Source: an uncultured Bacteroidota bacterium
GTDB lineage: Bacteria; Bacteroidota; Bacteroidia; Bacteroidales; WCHB1-69
Assembly: GCA_942493315.1 (NCBI GenBank)
Contig: OW818690.1
Span: 2,311,275-2,375,274 of the forward strand
Direction of reading: 5' to 3'
Length of the DNA: 64,000 nt
The translations under genes and the position numbers were made by a program. Below the pieces are notes generated by a model that did not search any database, was not told where the DNA came from, and saw only the letters and a list, made by a program, of their open reading frames with translations. This document shows positions 47,801 through 57,100 of the stretch, in pieces. Each line of letters opens with the position of its first letter. The first letter of the stretch is position 1.

Positions 47801-50656
47801 CCTCAGTTAGATGTGAATATTAATACTTTGAAAGTTTCCTTTAATCTTAAAGCAGAAAGTATCACTTCTTCAGGAACCATGCAAGTGGGTGTTATGTCTG
47901 ACCCAAATAACCTTGCTACTTTCGAAGTGGTGGAAACCATTACTCCTGCTTCTACAAGTTATACAAACTATGAAGTTATGTTAACCAATACGACCTTAAC
48001 AGGAACGGGCAATTATGTTGCTTTTAAACATGTAACTGCTTCAGCATCCTATTACTATTGGTTAGATGATGTTATTATTAATTATGCACCATCTTGTGTT
48101 AGACCGTTCCAATTAGCAGTTTCCAATCTAACAACCAATTCAGCTCAAATTGGCTGGACTGCTGGTCATGCTACTGATAATTCCTGGTGGATCTACTGGA
48201 AACCAACTACTGCTACCACTTATGATTCTGTATTAGTTAGTACTAATCCATTCACATTACCAGCTTTAACTCCTGCAACTACTTATCAATTGTATATGAA
48301 AACTGATTGTGGTACAGAATTAAGTACCCCATCTAATACAGTTACATTTACAACCCCTTGTATTCCATTGACTACCGTACCATTTGTTGACTATTTTGAC
48401 ACTTATACTACAGGTTCAACCGGTACATTCCCATCATGTTGGACTAAATTAAGTACTAATGCAACTTATCCTTACATATCTTCAACTTCATTCTCAACTA
48501 CGGGATCACTTTATTTATATTCAAGTGCTGCCAATGGTTATTGTCATGCGATCACCCCAATGTTTGATGCTACTATTCCAATTAATACACTTAAGGCAGA
48601 ATTTAAGTTAAGAAATGTTGCAACTGATGATACTCTTTATGTTGGAGTTATGACTGATCCATTGAATGCTTCAACTTTTGAATTAGTTCAAAAATTGATT
48701 CCATCTGCAACTGCAACATGGCAAGATATGGAAGTTTATTTCAATAACTATACTGGTACTGGTCATTATATTGCCTTCAAAAATGTTTATACAACAACAG
48801 TTACTACCATTTATGTTGATAATCTAGAGATCTTTGCTATTCCATCTTGTCCAAGACCAACGGCATTGACTGTTTCAAATATCACTTCCAATTCAGTTAA
48901 TTTAGATTGGACTGAAGCCGGTACTGCTACTCAATGGCAAGTTCAGTATGGCGCTTCAGGTTTCACGCTTGGGACAGGAACCATTATCAATACATCTATT
49001 CATCCTACCAATATTCCTGCATTAACTCCATCAACCGGTTATGACTTTTATGTAAGAGCTATTTGTGGAGCAGGGGATACCAGTGTTTGGTCCAATAAAG
49101 TGGTTGGAGTTACTTCATGTGTTCCAATTACTACATTACCTTGGAACGAAGGTTTTGAATCACTAACAGCAGCTACTCAATTACCTGTATGCTGGAGTGC
49201 TACCAATTTTGGAACTTATACCAATTCACAAATTGTTGATTACACATCTTACAACAGAGTTGCACATACCGGTACAAAAGCAATTTATTTTAGATACGGA
49301 TGTAATGACAGATTCTTTACACCCGGATTCCAGTTAACTGCCGGCGTAACATATAATTTCAGCTATTGGTACATTACAGATGGATTAAGTGGATGGAGTA
49401 CGCTAGAATTAGGGGCTTATTCCGGTCAAACAGCAGCCACATTAGTGCAAACAATTAATACAATAACATCACCGAATATCACTACTTATACTCAAGTTAA
49501 TGCTACATTTACTCCAACTACATCTGATGTTTACTATTTTGGAGTATATTGTCAAGCAAACTCAACACCATATTATATTACAATGGATGATTTCTCTCTT
49601 ACCGGTCCGGCTATTACTTGCCCTGTTCCAACAAACTTAGCTATTAATAATATAACCTATTCAACAGCAACAGCAACATGGACTGCCGGTGGTTCTGAAA
49701 CTCAATGGGAAATTGCTTACAAACCTACTGCTTCTTCTACATGGATAACTGCAATTGTGAACACAAATCCTACACATTTAATATCTTCAATAGTTGCCGG
49801 AACACCTTATGAAGTAAAAGTGAGAGCTATTTGTGGTGCTGGTGATAGCAGTGCTTATACTGCAGTTGTTAACTTTACAACAACTATTCCTCCGTGTGAT
49901 GTTCCTACAAACTTACAAGTAACCAGTATTACAGATCAATCCGCGTTAGCAACATGGACACCGGGTGGTTCTGAAGCTTCCTGGCAAGTGGAATACAAAT
50001 TGGTTTCTTCTACCAACTGGACATCTGCGACAACTTCAACTCCTTCTTTTTCAATGGCTAGTTTACAAAGTAACTCCAATTATCATGTTCGTGTAAAAGC
50101 GATCTGTTCATCCAATGAAAGTGCTTTTACTACACCTGTTCAGTTCACAACAACCGGAGGAGTAACCTATACAATCACTGCGACATCTAATAATTTTGGA
50201 ACCATCACTCCATCAGGTTCTGTAGTTGTAAATCCAGGAGCAAATCAATTGTTTACATTTATTCCAAATACCGATTGTGCTATTGATTCTCTTGTTATTG
50301 ATAACGGCAATCCAATACCTTACTCATTAACAACTTATACTTTTTCCAATGTAGTAGCAAATCGTTCCATTCACGCTATTTTCAGACTTGTAGGTGGTGT
50401 TGATGAAAACAATTTAGCTACAATGGTTGCTTTATATCCTAACCCAACCAACTCTTATATTGAATTAAGTTTCAATGAAACCCAATTACAGGTGAAAGAG
50501 TGTAAAGTGTTCGATATTTATGGAAAACTATTAAAAATAGTTCCTGTATCTGATAATCTTACAAGAATTGATGTATCTGATTTTGCTAACGGCGTTTATG
50601 TAATACGTCTAGATAGTGCAATGGGAACCATCACTAAGAAATTTGTTAAAGAATAA
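41882..50656 (+). CDS. Giant modular T9SS cargo protein 1 (FN3 domains alternating with Cys-bounded adhesin-like modules; type-A CTD)
   Basis: 2924 aa with a signal peptide. There are about 11 FN3-like units (CP.PT...W.E.GTAT.W...Y...DCG) alternating with about 160-190-aa modules that start C..IT.LP[YW].E.FD.YGTG...FP.CW. The C-terminus LYPNPTNSYIELSF...ANGVYVIRLDSAMGTITKKFVKE is a Por-secretion-tail-type CTD. Confidence 0.9.
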   Translation: MMKKIFVFVFLLLINFIVIGQQQFSGGLNTPPTTPGTIPYSCNFEDPNENTQWVVSNDVCTNKWFIGAPSNIQSPLSGNCLFISNNNGTTNAYTVADEGVVTISRLIQFNGSNEYTLSFDLFIGGESIHDYVKVFIVDVDTNYSGLNGSTYPYYAVAAFGTNQYLTNYNGTAPYFNGYNGSAIVAGSYPQQVIIPNQGPAGTIKKLIILWKNDTSGGTMPPASIDNISIVPNNCARPTLFTASNFTLSSIDFSWTENGTATSWNIQYKLSTETNWNSVQATTNPYTLSTLNSSSTYDFRIQADCGAEQSLWTNKITASTSCGTITQFPWSEGFETAWTTTALAPGNAVGPNCWLNFSGGYASTTYVWKKTTTAAYIRTGAAAAQQSTGGATYASNDYLITPVVTLTGNERLRFYAKGYSSYIDNLRIGIYDIAQNGHDINAITDSSLFTTILPNTIIEWTNWTEIIIPLNNYVGDFRLAFIRDLIGGYYLNIDDITIETIPNCPQPVSSSIVLGVNTATINWVPANQSQGSFYLYYKTANVSNYDSVLVNATSYTFQNLTSDSTYSYYITADCGTEFSAPTPVKKFKTLCSVITTLPYSESFDTYGTGTSTFPTCWYKLTTNPSYPSISTTNASGPGSLYSTMAYAYGYSIAISPRIDASIPMNTIKATLKFRAAALDDTLYVGVITDPYDVTTFEQVGFITVSAITTFQDKEFYFTNYTGAGQHIAFKGAFSGNSSAIYIDNLVLDVIPSCPNPTGLNVSSLMDVQVDLGWLENGTATTWNIEYGPNGFTPGTGTLISGVGSNPYTITGLTPQTAYQFYVQADCGAGMLSSWSNAFSFTTACPSIATLPWVDNFDTYGTGETVFPVCWIRNTTVTNRPYINTTNFTSPGSMYFYATSGNYNIAATPMINASIPINTLQVKFKYRNTNLTDTLFVGVMSNPMDASTFVPLGFARHTTTATWVDKEISLASYTGTGYYISFKVGNNSLATYAYIDNLEISLIPSCPRPTQLNISNIAPNSVDLNWTETGTATTWNIEYGAPGFTQGTGTMITGVSSNPYNLTGLTTHTTYQFYVQSDCGAGDISLWSTPFTFTTSCDDITTLPYTESFDAYGTGTGTFPTCWTKITTNTYPYINTTNSSAPGAMYMYAASGAYNYIATAAFDPSISINTLSAYFKLYKSSAAYNITVGVMSDPYNMATFDSIATLTPSAITTWQTMNVDFTNYSGTGRHIAFKVQGSGATNAMYLDDFAVLPTPSCSIPTGLVDYDTLLTSSTITLDWSGSDDANVLSWIVEYKPLDATTWQSQIANAHPFVLTGLESSVVYQIRISANCISGETTYPTNPINVGMPCESITAFPWSEGFEEAWFVAWGLNTATHPWCWTNINGGTQTDGVWRKTATAAYIHTGNGALQMYSGSTSAGLSGDYFITPTITLNGNERIRFWAKGYSTYTDILSVKIFDVTTNGIVDAEADTSLFVTVMPNTTIPASAWTEYEINLSQYVGNYQIAFVRNTTGGYYLNIDDILIDTIPTCPDITQLNLLNTTTTDVSLNWTYNVNAGQGFEISYANVSTGFDPTTGTIISVPDGTPFPYTISNLTPGQYYSFAIRQACGGNWSNIIVTNTDGLPATLPYTCDFSNVNEQTSWKMTNGNATNKFYIGTPSTVYPPISGNNLFISNDYGVTNTYTLTSTSTAVTSRLIEFTGDAAYRLSFDLYIGGESTFDYIKVFLTDPDTNFIGANSKPYFAVNSYAGNNQLLTNYNGTAPYFNGYNGSVITAGSYPREIILPSQGPAGTVKRLIIVWANDGSGGTPPPASIDNIEIEALTCPIPNTITVSNLTSTSTDVNWIDPSGTASEWVVKWKPVLSSIWEMATAYTTTYSISPLTPNTAYNVTVATVCGSDTSIYTSTNFTTPCAAVTTIPYSESFDIYGTAAGAFPSCWYRPVLNTTTPYPSIVTANALSSPGNLRFQSASAALPTYAITPQLDVNINTLKVSFNLKAESITSSGTMQVGVMSDPNNLATFEVVETITPASTSYTNYEVMLTNTTLTGTGNYVAFKHVTASASYYYWLDDVIINYAPSCVRPFQLAVSNLTTNSAQIGWTAGHATDNSWWIYWKPTTATTYDSVLVSTNPFTLPALTPATTYQLYMKTDCGTELSTPSNTVTFTTPCIPLTTVPFVDYFDTYTTGSTGTFPSCWTKLSTNATYPYISSTSFSTTGSLYLYSSAANGYCHAITPMFDATIPINTLKAEFKLRNVATDDTLYVGVMTDPLNASTFELVQKLIPSATATWQDMEVYFNNYTGTGHYIAFKNVYTTTVTTIYVDNLEIFAIPSCPRPTALTVSNITSNSVNLDWTEAGTATQWQVQYGASGFTLGTGTIINTSIHPTNIPALTPSTGYDFYVRAICGAGDTSVWSNKVVGVTSCVPITTLPWNEGFESLTAATQLPVCWSATNFGTYTNSQIVDYTSYNRVAHTGTKAIYFRYGCNDRFFTPGFQLTAGVTYNFSYWYITDGLSGWSTLELGAYSGQTAATLVQTINTITSPNITTYTQVNATFTPTTSDVYYFGVYCQANSTPYYITMDDFSLTGPAITCPVPTNLAINNITYSTATATWTAGGSETQWEIAYKPTASSTWITAIVNTNPTHLISSIVAGTPYEVKVRAICGAGDSSAYTAVVNFTTTIPPCDVPTNLQVTSITDQSALATWTPGGSEASWQVEYKLVSSTNWTSATTSTPSFSMASLQSNSNYHVRVKAICSSNESAFTTPVQFTTTGGVTYTITATSNNFGTITPSGSVVVNPGANQLFTFIPNTDCAIDSLVIDNGNPIPYSLTTYTFSNVVANRSIHAIFRLVGGVDENNLATMVALYPNPTNSYIELSFNETQLQVKECKVFDIYGKLLKIVPVSDNLTRIDVSDFANGVYVIRLDSAMGTITKKFVKE

Positions 50657-50682
50657 TCATTTAACAAAACTTAATACTATTC

Positions 50683-50713
50683 AAAAAGGTCGGAGCAATC
50701 CGGCCTTTTTTTT
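50683..50713 (+). terminator. Rho-independent terminator of giant gene 1
   Basis: Reads aaaaaGGTCGGAgcaaTCCGGCCtttttttt: a 7-bp stem with one G-U pair, a GNRA-like gcaa loop, a T8 tract and an upstream A5. It begins 27 nt after the stop codon. Confidence 0.8.
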
Positions 50714-50882
50714 GTTTTTGGGTATTGGGTTTTAGGTTTTGGTTATTAACCCTTCACCTTTCACCTTTAGCCTTTTACCTTTCGCCCTTTGCCCTTTGCC
50801 CTAATAGAACACTGATGACACAGATATAACAGATTACCACAGAATTATTATTCATTATTCATTATTCACTATTCATTCATTT
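50714..50882. repeat. Partial composite repeat (gggtatt/gggtttt, cctttca/cctttgc, gccctaat, cacagat and ttcattat words)
   Basis: Read directly. It uses the same word set as 2991-3352 and 14909-15503 but lacks the GC-rich core. It is homologous to 58841-58970. Confidence 0.8.
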
Positions 50883-51196
50883 TTTGTCGTTATTTATGAC
50901 AATTTTGTAATTATTGTTTTAATATTTGATTTTATTTAGCATTATGTGTTTATCTACTTGAAAAATAGACATATATAACAAAATTTAAGTATAAAAATTT
51001 ATATATATTAATAAAAATTAACAAATATTAACAATTATTTATATAAATTTTAAATTTTTGAATTTTACTTAGGTACTTATTAAAATCAAGAGATTTTTTA
51101 GTCTAATATGAAATTTAGTACAAAAAATATACAAAATATTTTTAATAAATTTGCGTCTATTTTATGAGATAGTCGATTTACAATTATAAACCAAAT

Positions 51197-54100
51197 ATGA
51201 TTAAAATGAAAAAAATTTTATTTTTTGTTGTTATTTTTCTGATTTCAGGGATAACATCATGGGCACAAAATTCCATAGGGAATGATATCCATATTTCAGA
51301 TCCTTCCCCTGTATCGAGTTCTTGTTTACCAGTGACTCAATTTCCATGGTTTGAAGGTTTTGAGTCACCCACTACATGGCCGGCTGCTGAAGCACCAGGA
51401 AATGCAATTGCTCCACCATGTTGGTTAAATTTTAATGGTGGATCCACAACAACGACCTATTTATGGAGACGAACATCCGGAACAGCTGCCTATATTCGCA
51501 CCGGCAGTGGAGCTGCGCAGCATTATACATCTGCTACTGCAGTTACCAATGACTATTTGATTACCCCCATAATTACGTTAACCGGTAATGAAAGATTGCG
51601 TTTTTATGCAAAAGGGTATTCCACTTATGTAGATCATATTAGGGTAGCTATTTATGATATCAATCAAGCAGGACAAGATATTTCTTCTATGAATGATACT
51701 ACTTTATTTACTACCATTATTCCTCACACTTTTGTACCTGTTACAGATTGGAATGAATTTATTGTTAATTTGAATGGTTATATTGGAAATTTCAGAATTG
51801 CATTTATTAGAGATATAGTGGGTGGATACTATTTGAATTTGGACGATATTACGATTGAAACTATTCCTACCTGTCCACAACCAATTTCCTCTTCTTTTGT
51901 TTTGGATACAAACTCTGTAACAATCAACTGGATTCCTGCAAATCTTTCACAAACCTCATTTTATCTCTATTATAAGCTTTCTACAGCAACCAATTATGAT
52001 TCAGTAGTTGTGAATGCAACCACCCATACACTTCAGAACTTATCACCAGGAACAACTTACAATTATTATATAAAAGCTGATTGTGGAATTGAATTTTCTG
52101 CAACAACTCCTGTAAAAACTTTCAAAACACTTTGTTCTGTAATTACTTCACTTCCGGTCTCTGATTCATTTGATACTTATGGTACCGGAACTACCACTTA
52201 TCCAACATGTTGGATGAGACTTGGAACTAATGCAGGAAATCCGTATATTTCAACCACAAATGCTTCTTCTCCCGGATCACTTTATTTTAATGTGGCTTAT
52301 GCTTATGGATATAGTGTTGCAATTTCTCCTAAAATTGACGCCTCTATCCCCATCAATACCATAAAAGCTTCTCTTAAACTCAGAGCAACCGGACCCGATG
52401 ATACTTTATATGTCGGAGTGATGAGCGATCCTTACCAAATTTCCACTTTTGAACAAGTTGGATTTCTAACAGTAAATACAACAGGCGTTTTTGAGGATAA
52501 AGAGTTTTTCTTTTCCAATTATACCGGAACAGCTCAGTATATTGCAGTAAAGGCTGCATATTCTGCAACATCTTCAACACTTTATGTTGATAATGTAACA
52601 CTTTCAATTATTCCATCTTGTTCCAATCCAACTGCATTAACTGCCTCAAATATTTTCTATAATCAAATTAATTTAGGATGGTTGGAAAACGGTACAGCAA
52701 CAACATGGAATGTGGAATATGGGCCAACTGGTTTTGCACATGGTTCAGGAACCTTACTGACAGGTGTTATTACAAATCCTGTTCAAATTTCAAATTTAAC
52801 ACCTCAAACAACATATCAGTTTTATGTTCAGGCAGATTGTGGTGGTACTTTAAGCCCATGGTCAAATCCATTATCAGTTACAACTGCATGTTTATCATTA
52901 ACTACAATTCCCTATTCCGAAAGTTTTGATACTTATGGAACCGGAACCGGAACTTATCCTACTTGCTGGACAAAATTAAGTATGGTAGCTACTTATCCTT
53001 ATATTAATTCAACAAATTTCTCATCTCCTGGTTCTCTCTATTTATATAATAGTGCAAGTGGAAATTATAATTATGCCATTTTACCGGCATTTGATGCAAC
53101 AATTCCGGTCAATACACTCCAAATGTCCTTTAAATTCAGAGCTTCAGGAACAGATGATACCTTGTATGTAGGTGTTATGTCTGATCCTTCAAATTTGACT
53201 ACTTTTTCTGTTGTTTCAACGTATACAGTACCGGTTACGGCAACTTTTTATGATATCAATACATTCTTTGGTTCTTATACCGGAACCGGAGCAAATATTG
53301 CATTCAAATCTTCTTATGGTTCTTCTTCTTCTACCATTTATATTGATAATGTTGTCGTAAGTGCTATGCCAACATGTCCGGCTCCTTCAAATCTTGCAGC
53401 TACAAATGTTACGGCAACAGATTTGAATATACAATGGACTGAAAATGGATATGCAACTACCTGGAATATTGAATATGGTCTTACAGGATTTACTCCTGGT
53501 ACTGGAACCATGTTAACCGGTGTTTCTACCAATCCTGTTTCGATTACCAATTTAACAGCCCAAACCCAATATCAGTTTTACATACAATCAGATTGTGGTG
53601 GAGGAACAACCAGTTTATGGACTACTCCGATGACTGTTACTACAGCTTGTTCAGAAATTACAACAGTACCCTGGACAGACTTTTTTGATACCTATGGAAC
53701 AGGGTCAACTGTTTTTCCTCCTTGTTGGACAAGAAATACAACTTATGCAGACAGACCTTATGTAAATTCTACTGCTTATGCCGGTGCCGGCTCATTATAT
53801 TTTTATGCAGGAACAGCAGGAACCTATAACATTGCTGCAACACCAATCTTTTCAGCTCAAATTCCTTTGAATACCTTGATGGCATCATTCAAATATAGAA
53901 CAACAAATTCTACTGACACATTATATGTTGGAGTCATGACGGATCCTGCTGTAGCATCTACTTTTGAAACAATTGCAGTTTTACTTAATAATGCTACAAC
54001 AACATGGGAAGACGAAATGGTTTTCTTTACCAATTATACAGGAACCGGTAGATATATTGCATTCAAAATTGAAAATAACGGAAATTCTGACTATGCCTAT

Positions 54101-57100
54101 ATTGATAATTTAACCATTGAAACTGCTCCAGCTTGTATTTTACCTACACAATTAAGTGTTTCAAATGTTACTTCCGGATCTCTTAATCTGAATTGGGTTG
54201 AATTAGGAACCTCAACTTCCTGGAATATTGAATATGGACCGGTTGGTTTTATTCAAGGTACCGGTACCTTATTGTCAAATGTAAATACAAATCCATATAA
54301 TATTACCGGATTATATCCACAAACAGCTTACCAGTTTTATGTTCAGTCCAATTGTGGAACCGAAACCAGTGCCTGGTCTGCACCATTCATTGCAATGACG
54401 GATTGTGGAATCATAACACAACTACCTTATACTGAAAGTTTTGATTTATATGGTACCGGAACTTCTACTTTTCCGACTTGTTGGACAAAAGTAGGTAATT
54501 TAACTACTTACCCCAGTATTTCAACGGTTAACAATTCTGCACCCGGTTCTTTGTATCTATATTGTTCAAGTTCAGGATATTATAATTATGCAATCACTCC
54601 TCAATTTGATGTTTCTATTCCTATAAATACTTTAAGAATGGAATTTAAAATGAGAGCAACAGGCACAGATGATACTTTGTATGTTGGGGTGATCTCTTCA
54701 CCAACTGATACCTCCACTTTTGAGTTAATAACACAAATTACTGTTCCTGTTACTGCCGTTTTTGATGATTATGGAATTAATTTTAACAGTTATACCGGAA
54801 CTGGTCAGTATTTGGCATTTAAAACCAAATATGGAGTTTCTTCTGCTGCTATCTATATTGATAACTTACAAGTTATACCAATACCCAATTGTGCCAGACC
54901 AATAGACTTAGGTGTAAACAATGTTACTGATATTTCAGCTGAATTGTTCTGGACTGAAGATGGAACAGCAACTACCTGGAAAGTGGAATATGGGCCTACA
55001 GGATTTATCCCCGGAACAGGAACAATGATTAATGGTTTAACGGATACTACTGTTCTTATAACGGGATTAACTGCACAAACAACCTATCAATTTTATGCCT
55101 ATGCTGATTGTGGTGGCGGAAATATTAGTTTAGCATCCAATGTTTTCTCATTTACAACATTATGTGCTCCTCTATTGACAATTCCATTTAATGATAGTTT
55201 CGATACTTATCCAACAGGGAGTGCCTATTTTCCAACTTGTTGGAGAAAATTATCCTCTTATGTACCCAATTCATACCCTTATCTTTCTACAACAAACTTT
55301 AGTTCACCCGCATCCATGTACTTATATTCAGGAACTGCAGGGAGTTATAATATTGTGATTGCACCTTCATTTGATGGGACTATACCAATCACAACATTAA
55401 AAGCATCATTCAAATTCAGAGCATCCGCATTAGATGATACTCTTTATGTAGGTGTTATTTCAAATATTAATGATCCCGGTTCTTTTGTTGCAATTCAAAA
55501 AATCAATGCTACAGTTACATCCACTTGGCAGGATGCTGAAGTATTCTTTAGTATCTACACTGGAAGTGGACTAAATATTGCTTTCAAAAATGCCTATTCA
55601 ACCAATTCTTCTACTATTTATGTGGATAATGTGTTAATCGATTTGATACCAAGTTGTCCAAAACCTACCAGTTTGAACGCTACTGCTATTCAAACGAATA
55701 CACTAACACTTGGATTTACTGAAAATGGTAGTGCAACAACCTGGAATATTGAATATGGTCCTGTTGGATTTTTACCCGGAACCGGTACAGGAACTCTCAT
55801 CTCAGGAATCAATACAAATCCTTATAATATCACTGGTTTATTACCTCAAACCACTTATCAATTTTATGTTCAAGCTGTTTGTAGCGCAAGTGATTATAGC
55901 CTTTGGTCCAATCCAATTACTATTATGACTGCTTGTTCGGAAATATCAACTCTTCCTTTGATAGAAAATTTTGATACTTATAATACAGGAACCGGAACTT
56001 TTCCTACTTGTTGGAACAAATTATCATCCAGTACTACATATCCCTATATTTCTACTACCAACTTTTCAACACCCGGTTCTCTTTATTTATATGCAAGTAG
56101 TTCAGGTGGATATTGTTATGCCATTACACCTCGATTTGATAACACTTTACCGATTAATAATCTGATGATTGAGTTTAAATTAAGAAACTCTGCGGTAGAT
56201 GATACTCTTTATGTAGGAGTTATGAGTGATCCAACTAATCAAAATTCATTCGAATTAGTGTCAAAATTTATTCCAACAGCTACTGCTACTTGGCAAGATT
56301 TTGAATTGTATTTTAATAATTACACCGGTACGGGAAACTATATTGCATTAAAATCTGTTTATACAACAAATACAACTACATTATATATCGATAATCTTAA
56401 AATTTCAACAATTCCAACTTGTCCTAAACCTACTCAATTGGCCGTTTCAAACCCTACTCCCAATGGTGTTACATTAAACTGGACTGAGAATGGGACTGCA
56501 ACAAATTGGAAAATTGAGTATGGCCCCACCGGGTTCGTTCTTGGTACAGGAACTATAATTACTAGTGTTACTACAAATCCGTATATAATTTCAGGGTTAC
56601 AACCTCAAACTGCCTACGATTTTTATGTGAAATCTAACTGTGGTATAGGAGATGAAAGTTTTTGGTCTAACGGAATCACTTATACAACTCCATGTTCTTC
56701 AATTACAACTATTCCATGGACCGATTTCTTTGATACTTATGGAACCGGTACTACAGTATTTCCTCCTTGCTGGACAAGAAATACAACTTATGCCAACCGT
56801 CCATATATCAGAGATATTTTCTTCTCAGGAATTGGATCTATGTATTTCTACGCTGGAACAGCCGGAACGTATAACATTGCAGCAACACCCATGTTTGATC
56901 CTTCTATTCCAATGAACTCATTAACTGCAACTTTCAAATATAGAACCTATTATTTGACTGACACCATGTATGTTGGCGTTATGACCGACCCAACAGATGC
57001 TTCCACATTTGTTTTAGTTCATAAATTTGGAGCACCTACAACCGGAACTTTCTACGATAGAGAAGTTCAGTTTACCAATTACATTGGAACTGGTCATTAT